Translations under genes and position numbers: made by a program | Notes under the pieces: generated by a model | Told to the model about the DNA's origin: nothing | Database searches by the model: none | The model's input: only the letters and a program-made list of their open reading frames with translations | Origin: Vitreimonas sp. | GTDB lineage: Bacteria > Patescibacteriota > Microgenomatia > UBA1400 > PJMF01 | Direction of reading: 5' to 3' | NCBI GenBank assembly: GCA_035627515.1 | Contig: DASPLQ010000012.1 | Coordinates: 1,199,705-1,263,704, forward strand | Length of the DNA: 64,000 nucleotides | Shown here: positions 10,434-20,464 of the stretch, piece by piece | Numbering within the stretch: the first letter of the stretch is position 1 | Layout of the letters: every line of letters starts with the position of its first letter

Positions 10434-13370
10434 ATGCTGAAATTTATTACCGATCTTTTCGACGAAAATAAGAAAGCCCTTAAGCGCTACCAGGCTATAG
10501 TGGACCAAATCAACGCCTTGGAGCCCAGTCTCAAAAAGCTAAGTGATACCAAGCTGGCAGCACAAACCAAAAAGTTTAAAACTATCATTAAAGACAGCCA
10601 AACTGCTGGGCGAGCTGATCAAGATATCTTAAACGAAATTTTACCTGAGGCCTTTGCTACCGTCCGTGAAGCTTCACGCCGTGTCTTAGGCATGCGGCAT
10701 TTTGATGTCCAACTTCTGGCAGGCATTGCTCTCCACCATGGTACTGTCACTGAACAAAAAACTGGTGAAGGCAAAACGCTTACCGTCACGGCACCACTCT
10801 ACTTGAATGCTCTTCTTGGCAAAGGGGTGCAGCTGATTACCGTCAATGATTATCTAGCCGAAGTTGGGGCAGGGTGGATGGGGCAACTCTACCATTTCCT
10901 CGGTCTTAGCACCTCAGTGATTGTGCACGATAAAGCTAAACTCTATAACCCAGATGTCGATAGCGAAGAGCGGGGAGATGAACGCTTAGAGCACTTTCAA
11001 GATATTTCCCGCCAAGCCGCTTACTCAGCTGATATTACGTACGGCACCAATAATGAGTTTGGTTTTGATTATCTCCGCGATAACATGGTGCAAGAACTCA
11101 ACCAAATGGTTCAGCGTACCGATACACCTCACTACTTTGCCATCGTGGATGAGGCTGACTCTATCTTGATTGACGAAGCCCGGACGCCATTAATTATTTC
11201 CGCTCCTGATACAGAACCTACCCAAAAGTATTATGAATATGCGCAAATGGTCAACGTCTTGGTCAAAAACATTGATTTTAAACTCGATGAAAAGGCCCGG
11301 TCCGTAACCTTAACAGATTTAGGTGTCAAACGTATCGAACAAAAACTCGGTGTCAGCAACTTATATGAGGAAAGCTTTGACACTATCCACCACGTGGAGA
11401 GTGCCCTCAAAGCCATGACTCTCTACCACCGAGATAAAGAGTACATCATCCGCGATAACCAAGTCATCATTGTCGATGAACACACCGGCCGTTTAATGCA
11501 TGGCCGTCGGTACTCAGATGGTTTACACCAGGCTATTGAGGCTAAAGAAGGTGTGCCTATTCAGCAAGAATCTCGTACATTAGCCACGATCTCACTTCAA
11601 AACTACTTCCGTCTCTACACCAAGCTTTCTGGTATGACAGGTACTGCCGTTACCGAAGCTGAAGAGTTTAAAAAGATTTATGACATGAACGTGTTGCCTA
11701 TTCCTACCAACGTGCCAGTTGTCCGGCATGATGGTACGGATCAGGTGTACAAAACTACAGCCGCTAAATATAGTGCTATTGTTCGCGAAGTTGAAGTTGT
11801 TCATGCTGAAGGCCGACCGATCTTAATTGGTACCCGATCGATTGATCACAATCAAATTATCTCCAACTTTTTAAAGCGAAAAAATATTCCTCACCAAGTC
11901 CTCAATGCTAAAAACAATGAACAAGAAGCCTTTATTATTGCCGATGCTGGTAAAAGGGGCTCGATCACTGTCGCCACTAATATCGCCGGCCGCGGTGTGG
12001 ACATTGTGTTGGGTGGTTCTAAACCTGAATTAAAAGATTACCGGAAACAGAAAAAAGCCAGCGATAAAGCCAGTGCCAAGACCGCCACCAAAAACACATT
12101 AGTAGAGGAACTGCGCTTACCACCGTCTGTAAATCCCGATAACTATAAACTCAAAGAGTATGCAGCTGCTCTGAAAAAATGGCAGGCAGCTCATGACGAA
12201 GTCGTCAGCCTCGGGGGTCTTCATATCATTGGTACTGAACGTCATGAATCGCGGCGGATTGATAATCAGCTCCGGGGTCGGGCTGGCCGCCAAGGTGATC
12301 CTGGCTCATCTCAGTTCTTTGTCTCACTCGAAGACGACATTATGCGTATCTTCGGCGGAGAGCAAATTGCCAAGGTCATGGATTTCCTGAAAATCGATGA
12401 AAATCAAGCTATCGAACATAGTATGGTCAGTAAGTCAATTGAGTCAGCCCAGGTGAAAGTGGAAGGGTTCTTCTTTGATCAGCGCAAACGATTGGTGGAG
12501 TTTGACGATGTGATGAACAAGCATCGTGAAATCATTTATAAACGTCGCCGACGCTTACTGGAAGAATCTGAAATGCTCAAAGAACAAATTTTGGAGTACT
12601 TACGCGACGAAATGGAAGCCATGGTGGCACTACGAGCTCCTCAAAACTTCACTGCCGATGAGTATGATGCCATCGTCAAAGAATTCATTAAAATTATCCC
12701 TTTCGATGATAATTCTCAAGCTGAGCTGCGAAAAACGCTTTCTCAATTGACTCAACCAGATGACATTGTTTCTAAATTAATGGAGATCACTACTACAGTG
12801 TATAAAACTCGAGAAGAGGTGGTTGGGACGTCAGCTATGCGCCAGTTAGAACGTTACGTGACCTTATCCACGATTGACGAAAAATGGATGGAACACCTGG
12901 ATGAGATGGATAATTTGCGTGATGGTATCTGGCTGCGTGGTGATAAAAACACGGTTTTAGCCGAGTATAAAAAGGAAGGATTCTCGATGTTTGAGCAACT
13001 CATCGCTCAAACAGAGTCAACCATTGCCAATCGCATTTTCAGAGTTCACATCCAGAATCAACCCCAAGTTCGAGTTGATTTATCTCAAGCGAAAGAAATT
13101 AAAGATGACGTCTTTGAACCACTTGAAAAAGAGGTCCAAGATGCAACTTTACCAGCTGCCGCGCCACGCCAAATCAAAGGCCAAGCTCAGGATTTAGCCG
13201 CGGCTCTAGCCTCAGCCAAAAGTACTTCTCGTCCATCCGTTTCTAGTTCCGATCCTTATGCCAAAGTTGGTCGTAATGATCTCTGTCCGTGTGGCAGTGG
13301 CTTAAAGTACAAAAAATGTGGTTTAATCAATTCTGCTGAGCATCAGGCCAAAACTGAAAATGCAGCATAA
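10434..13370 (+). CDS. secA: Preprotein translocase ATPase SecA
   Basis: KTGEGKT, DEADSILIDEARTPLIIS, RIDNQLRGRAGRQGDPG, SEC-C motif GRNDLCPCGSGLKYKKC. Confidence 0.98.
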   Translation: MLKFITDLFDENKKALKRYQAIVDQINALEPSLKKLSDTKLAAQTKKFKTIIKDSQTAGRADQDILNEILPEAFATVREASRRVLGMRHFDVQLLAGIALHHGTVTEQKTGEGKTLTVTAPLYLNALLGKGVQLITVNDYLAEVGAGWMGQLYHFLGLSTSVIVHDKAKLYNPDVDSEERGDERLEHFQDISRQAAYSADITYGTNNEFGFDYLRDNMVQELNQMVQRTDTPHYFAIVDEADSILIDEARTPLIISAPDTEPTQKYYEYAQMVNVLVKNIDFKLDEKARSVTLTDLGVKRIEQKLGVSNLYEESFDTIHHVESALKAMTLYHRDKEYIIRDNQVIIVDEHTGRLMHGRRYSDGLHQAIEAKEGVPIQQESRTLATISLQNYFRLYTKLSGMTGTAVTEAEEFKKIYDMNVLPIPTNVPVVRHDGTDQVYKTTAAKYSAIVREVEVVHAEGRPILIGTRSIDHNQIISNFLKRKNIPHQVLNAKNNEQEAFIIADAGKRGSITVATNIAGRGVDIVLGGSKPELKDYRKQKKASDKASAKTATKNTLVEELRLPPSVNPDNYKLKEYAAALKKWQAAHDEVVSLGGLHIIGTERHESRRIDNQLRGRAGRQGDPGSSQFFVSLEDDIMRIFGGEQIAKVMDFLKIDENQAIEHSMVSKSIESAQVKVEGFFFDQRKRLVEFDDVMNKHREIIYKRRRRLLEESEMLKEQILEYLRDEMEAMVALRAPQNFTADEYDAIVKEFIKIIPFDDNSQAELRKTLSQLTQPDDIVSKLMEITTTVYKTREEVVGTSAMRQLERYVTLSTIDEKWMEHLDEMDNLRDGIWLRGDKNTVLAEYKKEGFSMFEQLIAQTESTIANRIFRVHIQNQPQVRVDLSQAKEIKDDVFEPLEKEVQDATLPAAAPRQIKGQAQDLAAALASAKSTSRPSVSSSDPYAKVGRNDLCPCGSGLKYKKCGLINSAEHQAKTENAA

Positions 13371-13420
13371 ATAAATCTTCAATACTTCACAGATGAGTAA
13401 AAACTCTATATAGTAAAAGC

Positions 13421-13807
13421 ATGATTGCTGACTACACCCAAACAATTGTGGTCGCTGAAGACGACCCTTTTTACAGTAGTATTCTCCGCTTTAAATTAAC
13501 TGCTTCTGGCCATAAGGTAATTGTGGTGCAAGATGGAAACGCAGTGTTGGAAACTATCCGCATAAACCAACCTCGATTGCTAGTTTTGGACCTGATTTTA
13601 CCTGGCAAAGACGGTTTTGAAATCCTCAAAGAAATTAAAACTTCTTCAGACTTAGCTCAGTTAAAAGTCGTTGTACTAACTAATCTCTCTCAACGTGAAG
13701 ATCGCGCACAAATCACCAATTTAGGCGCCGAGGAATACATCATCAAAACTAATATCTCAGTCCATGAAATGATGGATGCTCTCTCCCAACACCTAGACAC
13801 TAACTAA
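13421..13807 (+). CDS. Single-domain response regulator (receiver only)
   Basis: VAEDD, LDLILPGKDG, LTN, YIIK. Confidence 0.92.
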   Translation: MIADYTQTIVVAEDDPFYSSILRFKLTASGHKVIVVQDGNAVLETIRINQPRLLVLDLILPGKDGFEILKEIKTSSDLAQLKVVVLTNLSQREDRAQITNLGAEEYIIKTNISVHEMMDALSQHLDTN

Positions 13808-13934
13808 AATTCGCCTTTTATTTGTGAGTAATTTAAATTCATCTTGGGCATAACCTCAATAAATGGTACTGTTAGTATAGGAGTGTATTTTTTTTGCCTT
13901 ATCGATAATACACAAGAATAAACTCTAGCTCCGA

Positions 13935-16790
13935 ATGCCAACCGCTTATCTTAACTTTATCAAATGTGCCCGTTGGCAAGCTCAACTGAGCATCGGGATT
14001 GCACTTATAGTGCTCTTGGGGTGGTTATTAAAAATTGAACTCCTCAAGCGGATTTATCCTAGCTTTGTGGCTATGAATCCCACCACAGCCATAGCCTTTA
14101 TCCTCCTTGGTGCCAGTGTAGTGTGGCATTCTCAGCGCAACCATAGCGTTATTGCTTCCTGGGCCAGTAAGCTCAGTGGTCTCAGCGTTGCCATCATCGG
14201 TGCCACAAAAATATTTAGCATTATTACCTCAATAGATCTAAAAATCGATCAAATATTATTTGTTTCTCAGCTCAATGAAACCGCAATTAACTTACCGAAT
14301 CGAATGGCACCAAACACTGCTTTTAATTTTTTATTGTTGGGATCTGCCATCATTTTTTTGAGTACTAAATCCCGCTGGTTACAAAAGGTTTGCCAAATCC
14401 TCATCTTTATCTCGGCGTGCATGTCTATGCTGGCAATCGTCGGTTACTTTTACAACTTTGTGAATTTATACGGTATACCGACATATATTCCTATGGCCTT
14501 ACATACCGCCCTGAACTTTATCAATTTAGCCATTGCTATCGCATTCGTTGAACCTAACACTAGCTTTGTTTCGTGGTTTGTTGACCAAGGACTTATTATT
14601 AATAAGTTTAAAAATTTTGGTGTCCGTACAAAGCTGTTTACTGGATTTGGGATCTTGCTCGTTATTTTTATTACTTTTGCTTTTATTACCCATACCAATA
14701 TAACTACTATTCAAAATAATCTCATTCCATTACGGGCTAAGATCCGCAATGCCCGCATAGCGGCTTTAGAAATGCGTAGGTACGAAAAAGACTTTCTAAC
14801 ACGTGATGTAGCGGGTGAATACAATAACTCTTTTTACACAAACAATGAAAGTGAAAATCTCAAAATGTGGCATAAAAACTATGCTTATTTTATTGAGAAT
14901 TTAGACGCTCTCATAGCTTTTCATCAACAAGAAAATAATACTGCAGAGGTGGAAAAACTCACGACCCTTAAATCTAGTATAAATGAATATTATGCGAATT
15001 TTTTATTGATTGTAGCCAAATATAACATGCGTGGCTTTAAGGACTATGGCTTGGAAGGGGAAATGCGCAGAACTATCCAAGACTTAGAGACTTTAACTTC
15101 CTCGCCAGCTGAAGCAGTTTTCATTTTACAAGCTCGTCGTGGGGAAAAAGATTTCTTCTTGCGCAATGACATCCAAGAATTGGAGCGTTTTAAAACAGCT
15201 ACTGAAAATTTAAAAGTTCTTTATGCCTCTCAGCCAGCCAAGATGGCTTTGCTCCAACGATATATTGACACTTTTCACCATATCGTCAGACTCAAAACAG
15301 AGATAGGACTGCGAATTGACAATGGGTTAACCGGAAAAATGAGAGTAGCCATCAATCAAGCTGAACCCGTTTTAGAAGCAGAAGAAGTATCTATTTTAAA
15401 CCTCACCAATAATCGAATTGATGTCATCCAAAAAACTGTTTTAGCCCTGACCGGTTTGTTTTGTTTAATTGGTATTGGTTCTGCTGTTGCTACCTCACAA
15501 ATCATTTTGCGCTCGTTACGCAAGGTGGAGTATGTCGCAGAACAAATTGCTGCTGGGGATCTTTCTCAACGTATCGAAACTACTGCGAAGGATGAAGTTG
15601 GCCACCTCTCACAGGCATTTAATGATATGGTTACCAAACTGCAATTAGCTCAAAATAAGTTAGCTGCTGCCAAAGCCCAAGATGAAGCTCTATTAAGCAG
15701 TATTGGTGATGGCGTGTTTGCAGTTGATACTGAGCTGCGTTTAATTTTAATCAATAAGGTGGCGGAAAAACTTATTAACATAAAAGCACAAGAGGCTTTG
15801 GGTAAGCACTATCATGACATTTTCGCTTTTAGCTATGAGGATGAACCTGGCAAAGCTTATCCCGATTTTGTGAAACAAGTCATCACTAATGGGCAGGTCG
15901 CAAGTCTGGAATCTCGCACCCTGCTGAAGACAAGCGATGGTAACTTCATCCCGGTAGCCGATAGTGCCTCACCCATTACTGACGCTCAAGGTAATATTAT
16001 TGGTTGTATTGTAGTCTTTAGAGATGTCACACAAGAACGGGAACTAGAGCAAGCCAAAGATGATTTTTTATCAGTGGCCGCACATCAACTTCGAACACCA
16101 CTGGGCAGTATGCGCTGGAACATCGAACTAGTCCAAAATGGTGATGTGGGACCGATTAGTGACACCGTCAAAGAGCGCTTGAGTCAAGTTTACCAAAGTA
16201 TTCATCGCATGATTAGTTTAGTTAATGATCTTCTTGATGTCTCTCGAATTGATCAATCGCGAGTCCAAGAAACCCCACAGCCAGTTGAACTTCATTCTGT
16301 CATAACAGAGATGATTGCCGATCTGAATGGTTTGGCTGAAGAAAAGAAAATAACAGTAGCTTTCAATAGAGAAAATCGGCCTTTACCTAGTTTAGTTATT
16401 GATCAGACACATTTGCGACACGTGCTTCAGAACCTCCTCTCCAATGCCATTAAATACAACCGTCCCAATGGAAATGTCACAATTACTACCTACCTTCAGC
16501 CAGATGGTATTCAAGTTTCCATTGCTGATACCGGAATTGGTATACCTGATGCTGACCAAAATGAAGTTTTCTCGAAATTTTATCGTGGTGAGAATGCTTT
16601 GAAGAGTGCCACAGAAGGTTCAGGCTTAGGACTGTTCGTAGTTAAGTCGTATATTGAAGCTTGGGGTGGCAAAATTTGGTTCGAGTCTAAAATTGATCAG
16701 GGGACCACTTTTTACTTTACTCTTCCCATGCATCCCAACCAACACGCTTTAGGTACCCATTTAGCTTCGGTCCAAAAAACAGTACAATAA
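13935..16790 (+). CDS. Membrane sensor histidine kinase (multi-TM, extracytoplasmic helical sensor, HAMP, PAS, HisKA, HATPase)
   Basis: DEVGHLSQAFNDM HAMP; SIGDGV PAS; AHQLRTPL H-box; NLLSNAIKY, DTGIGI, GSGLGL. Confidence 0.93.
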   Translation: MPTAYLNFIKCARWQAQLSIGIALIVLLGWLLKIELLKRIYPSFVAMNPTTAIAFILLGASVVWHSQRNHSVIASWASKLSGLSVAIIGATKIFSIITSIDLKIDQILFVSQLNETAINLPNRMAPNTAFNFLLLGSAIIFLSTKSRWLQKVCQILIFISACMSMLAIVGYFYNFVNLYGIPTYIPMALHTALNFINLAIAIAFVEPNTSFVSWFVDQGLIINKFKNFGVRTKLFTGFGILLVIFITFAFITHTNITTIQNNLIPLRAKIRNARIAALEMRRYEKDFLTRDVAGEYNNSFYTNNESENLKMWHKNYAYFIENLDALIAFHQQENNTAEVEKLTTLKSSINEYYANFLLIVAKYNMRGFKDYGLEGEMRRTIQDLETLTSSPAEAVFILQARRGEKDFFLRNDIQELERFKTATENLKVLYASQPAKMALLQRYIDTFHHIVRLKTEIGLRIDNGLTGKMRVAINQAEPVLEAEEVSILNLTNNRIDVIQKTVLALTGLFCLIGIGSAVATSQIILRSLRKVEYVAEQIAAGDLSQRIETTAKDEVGHLSQAFNDMVTKLQLAQNKLAAAKAQDEALLSSIGDGVFAVDTELRLILINKVAEKLINIKAQEALGKHYHDIFAFSYEDEPGKAYPDFVKQVITNGQVASLESRTLLKTSDGNFIPVADSASPITDAQGNIIGCIVVFRDVTQERELEQAKDDFLSVAAHQLRTPLGSMRWNIELVQNGDVGPISDTVKERLSQVYQSIHRMISLVNDLLDVSRIDQSRVQETPQPVELHSVITEMIADLNGLAEEKKITVAFNRENRPLPSLVIDQTHLRHVLQNLLSNAIKYNRPNGNVTITTYLQPDGIQVSIADTGIGIPDADQNEVFSKFYRGENALKSATEGSGLGLFVVKSYIEAWGGKIWFESKIDQGTTFYFTLPMHPNQHALGTHLASVQKTVQ

Positions 16791-16803
16791 CTTGATTACG
16801 TCT

Positions 16804-17205
16804 ATGAACTCACCCTCTCCCAACTCCACTGCCACTAAAAGATATGTATTAGTCGCTGAAGACGATGTTTTCTACAGCAACATATTTAAACTTAAGCTAA
16901 CTGCAGCAGGTTATGAGACTGTAGTGGTCAGCGATGGACAACAACTTTTGACTGCTGCCAAAAAAAAGCTTCCTGATTTGATCTTGCTTGATTTAATTAT
17001 GCCTATAATGGATGGTTTTGAGACATTACAAGCTCTCAAAAAAGATCCAAATCTTAAAACTGTCAAAGTAGTGATTATGTCTAATCTAGGACAAGAAGAA
17101 GATGTCCAAAAAACAATGGGCCTAGGTGCGGAAGATTACCTCATCAAAACCAATCTTTCCGTTCAAGAAATGGTCGCTGCAGTTCAAAAATACCTTCTTA
17201 ACTAG
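16804..17205 (+). CDS. Single-domain response regulator, paralog of 13421
   Basis: VAEDD, LDLIMPIMDG, MSN, YLIK; start at ATG 16804. Confidence 0.92.
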   Translation: MNSPSPNSTATKRYVLVAEDDVFYSNIFKLKLTAAGYETVVVSDGQQLLTAAKKKLPDLILLDLIMPIMDGFETLQALKKDPNLKTVKVVIMSNLGQEEDVQKTMGLGAEDYLIKTNLSVQEMVAAVQKYLLN

Positions 17206-17253
17206 GTTTATCTCTCTAGACTTTCTTCTTGAGAACCCGTACACTTTTCTAGT

Positions 17254-18954
17254 ATGTTGCTGCCCTATGATCCTGCCCAGCTGTTAGCTTCCTTACAAGA
17301 GTTAAATTTGATTGAAGAAACAGCACTTCAAAATGCTTATCAAGAGAGCACAGCAACTAATTTGCCTTTTGATCAAATCCTTCTCAGACTAAATTTAATC
17401 TCTGATGAAAATCTCGGTAAAGTCATCGCTGAATTAATTGGCATTCCATATGTTCATCTATCACATGTGCATATTCCGGCTCCAGTTCTGAATCTCATTC
17501 CTGAAACTTTCGCAAAAAAACACCATGTGATTGTTTACCAAAATGAGAATGGCCAGGTTGCAATCGCTACCAGTCACCCACAGAATTTAGTCGCTCAAGA
17601 ATTCATTAAGCGAGCAGTGAATGCGGAGCTAAAAGTGGCCTATACTACCCAGCGAGAACTGACTCAAGCTTTAAGCCTCTACACCCCTGATATCAAAAGT
17701 GTCATTACGCCCTTGATAGAAACTAAGTCCGGGGAGCAACCCATTATTGAAATTGTAGATAACATTTTAGGATATGGTTATAAGTATAAGGCTTCTGACA
17801 TTCACATCGAACCGATCGATGAATACTCATTGGTGAGAATGAGAATAGATGGCGTGCTCCATGATTCCTTGGAACTACCGATCAAACTTCATGAGCAAGT
17901 TGTAACCCGCATCAAAGTTTTAGCCAAACTGCGCACTGACGAACACCAAGCTGCCCAAGATGGTAAGTTGCAGTTTGACGTTGATGAAGAACCTGTCGAT
18001 GTCCGTGTCTCTATTGTACCCATTACTAATGGTGAAAAGATCGTAATGCGGTTACTGTCAAAACAAGCTCGTGAGTATTCACTTCAAGACCTAGGTATTT
18101 CATCTTCCGATCTCGATAAAATTAACCGTGCATATGAAAAGCCGTATGGCATGATTTTATCCACTGGGCCAACGGGATCTGGTAAAACGACCAGTCTTTA
18201 TACCATCCTAAAAATGGTTAACAAACGCGACATTAATATTATGACTATTGAAGATCCAGTGGAATATACTATTGCCGGTATTAATCAAATTCAAGTTAAC
18301 ACCAAGACAAATTTAACTTTTGCTGCTGGTTTACGTTCCATAGTTCGTCAGGACCCTAATGTCATCCTAGTCGGTGAAATTAGAGATGAAGAAACAGCGG
18401 GCATTGCTGTAAATGCCGCTATGACTGGTCACTTAGTTTTGTCCACATTGCACACCAACAATGCCGCTACTGCTATTCCGCGCTTATTAGATATGGAAGT
18501 TGAACCTTTTTTGGTCGCATCTTCCATTAATGTCATTATTGCCCAACGGCTGGTTAGAAAAACATGCTTACGCTGTCGTGTTTCTAAAGAAGTAACATTA
18601 AGTGAATTGAGTTCTAAAACGTCTGAGCAATCTGACGGCGCCGTTGATCAAATGGGCGAAGCACACTTTACTCAGCTGAAGCATCACTTTGATGACCAGG
18701 AAAAAATCAGAGTTTATGAGGGCAAAGGTTGTGAAGTTTGCCATCATACTGGATATGTGGGCCGGATTGGCATCTTTGAAGTTTTGGAAATCACCGAGGA
18801 AATTCGCCAAGCTATTACCGATCGGCAAGACGCAGGAAATATTCAAACACTAGCAATGAAACAGGGCATGACTACTATGTTCGAGGATGGTTTAGAAAAA
18901 ATGAAACAGGGCCAAACTACCTTAGCCGAAATTTTACGCGTCACCAAAGAGTAG
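17254..18954 (+). CDS. pilB: Type IV pilus / T2SS assembly ATPase (PilB/GspE family)
   Basis: ASDIHIEP, GPTGSGKT, TIEDPVE, RQDPNVILVGEIRD, TGHLVLSTLH, two CxxC pairs. Confidence 0.92.
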   Translation: MLLPYDPAQLLASLQELNLIEETALQNAYQESTATNLPFDQILLRLNLISDENLGKVIAELIGIPYVHLSHVHIPAPVLNLIPETFAKKHHVIVYQNENGQVAIATSHPQNLVAQEFIKRAVNAELKVAYTTQRELTQALSLYTPDIKSVITPLIETKSGEQPIIEIVDNILGYGYKYKASDIHIEPIDEYSLVRMRIDGVLHDSLELPIKLHEQVVTRIKVLAKLRTDEHQAAQDGKLQFDVDEEPVDVRVSIVPITNGEKIVMRLLSKQAREYSLQDLGISSSDLDKINRAYEKPYGMILSTGPTGSGKTTSLYTILKMVNKRDINIMTIEDPVEYTIAGINQIQVNTKTNLTFAAGLRSIVRQDPNVILVGEIRDEETAGIAVNAAMTGHLVLSTLHTNNAATAIPRLLDMEVEPFLVASSINVIIAQRLVRKTCLRCRVSKEVTLSELSSKTSEQSDGAVDQMGEAHFTQLKHHFDDQEKIRVYEGKGCEVCHHTGYVGRIGIFEVLEITEEIRQAITDRQDAGNIQTLAMKQGMTTMFEDGLEKMKQGQTTLAEILRVTKE

Positions 18955-18955
18955 T

Positions 18956-20035
18956 ATGAACATTAGTCTTAATCAAAAAATCCAGTTCTTTTCCCATGTT
19001 ACTTTAGTGGAAAAAGCTTTATTTACGAAGCATTTAGCTACTTTAATTCATGCTGGTATTCCCTTGGCAGAAGCTCTAGCCACCTTACATGAAGACCAAC
19101 ATTCCACTTTAAATACTATTATTGGTGAGATGCAAACAGACATTGAAAACGGTTTATCGCTAGCAGCTACTTTGCACAAACATCCCCAAGCTTTCGATAA
19201 TTTTTATGTCAGTATGATTGAGGTGGGGGAGACGGCAGGAACCTTAGAAGAAACTCTTAGTTTTTTAAGCAACCACCTCTCTAAGGAATATATTTTACGT
19301 CAAAAAATAAATGGAGCCATGATGTATCCAGGTGTAGTTTTCTTTGCTACTCTCATCATGAGTGGTTTTATTGCTTTGTTTGTTCTGCCTAAACTCACCA
19401 CTTTTTTTGATGCTTTTGAAATAGAGTTGCCGCTCAGCACGCAAATTTTATTAGCGGTAGCCAACTTTATGAGCAGCTATGGAATTGCCTTTTTTGCTGG
19501 AGTAATAGGAGTGATTGCTCTTGTAATATGGCTTCTACAACTGCCTATGATTAAACCGCATTGGCATCGAATTGTCTTAAAAACTCCTTTATTTGGCAAA
19601 CTACTCCAGTATACCCAAATCGCTCGCTTCACCAGAAATTTGAGCGTCTTATTAAAAAGTGGGGTGCCTATTACTCAATCTCTCGCAGTTACTACTCACA
19701 CGCTGAGCAATGTTGTCATTCAGCACGATATTGAACGCTTAGTCAACTCACTCAAAGCTGGCACTACCATGGGTAAGGCACTCAAAGAGGGTAATTATCC
19801 TCGCTTCCCGCAGCTGATGAAAAAAATGATTGCCGTGGGTGAAAAAACCGGGAAACTCGAAGACACCTTGCACTACGTAGCCGAGTTTTATGAAGAAGAA
19901 ATTGACACTGTCAGCAAAAATCTTTCCACAATTTTAGAGCCAGTACTATTGATTGTCATTGGCTTAGTAGTAGGTTTTGTAGCACTCGCCATTATCGGCC
20001 CCATTTACAATTTAACGGGCTCCATCGGTCGGTAG
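18956..20035 (+). CDS. pilC: Type IV pilus platform protein (PilC/GspF family)
   Basis: Two T2SSF repeats (VGETAGTLE, VGEKTGKLE), AMMYP, LEPVL. Confidence 0.92.
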   Translation: MNISLNQKIQFFSHVTLVEKALFTKHLATLIHAGIPLAEALATLHEDQHSTLNTIIGEMQTDIENGLSLAATLHKHPQAFDNFYVSMIEVGETAGTLEETLSFLSNHLSKEYILRQKINGAMMYPGVVFFATLIMSGFIALFVLPKLTTFFDAFEIELPLSTQILLAVANFMSSYGIAFFAGVIGVIALVIWLLQLPMIKPHWHRIVLKTPLFGKLLQYTQIARFTRNLSVLLKSGVPITQSLAVTTHTLSNVVIQHDIERLVNSLKAGTTMGKALKEGNYPRFPQLMKKMIAVGEKTGKLEDTLHYVAEFYEEEIDTVSKNLSTILEPVLLIVIGLVVGFVALAIIGPIYNLTGSIGR

Positions 20036-20041
20036 GGAACA

Positions 20042-20464
20042 ATGATGCAACAAGGCGTGACACTCATCGAGTTATTGCTAGTGATCGGTTTAATGCTGAT
20101 CGTCGGCATGATGGCATCTCCATTTATTTCCCAATTCCTGACTTACAACTCATTTGACATAGCAGAACAACAACTACAAGGCAACTTACGCAAGGCTCAA
20201 GCATATGCCATGGATGGCAAACAACCCGGACCTTGGGGAGTATGTTTGAGTGATCGGATGATCCGTTTATTTAGTGGCACCTGTGCCAGTCCCACTCATC
20301 ACGAAGACTTTGAGTTACCAACTACTGTTACTGTCACTGGCCTCAATACGGTTACTTTTAACAATCGGGGTGAGCCCTCCGCAGCCTTATCAATCACCAT
20401 TACGACACCGCTAGAAACAGCCACTATGGTACTTAATCAAAGTGGAGGACTAAGTGTTAATTAA
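20042..20464 (+). CDS. Minor pilin (FimT/GspH-like)
   Basis: Class III signal QQG|VTLIELL; TFNNRGEP. Confidence 0.85.
   Translation: MMQQGVTLIELLLVIGLMLIVGMMASPFISQFLTYNSFDIAEQQLQGNLRKAQAYAMDGKQPGPWGVCLSDRMIRLFSGTCASPTHHEDFELPTTVTVTGLNTVTFNNRGEPSAALSITITTPLETATMVLNQSGGLSVN

Noticed and set aside
12020-12170. Lys-rich insertion in SecA as a possible intein
   Set aside because: About 50 aa, no intein terminal motifs; lies in the known variable region after GRGVDIVLGG
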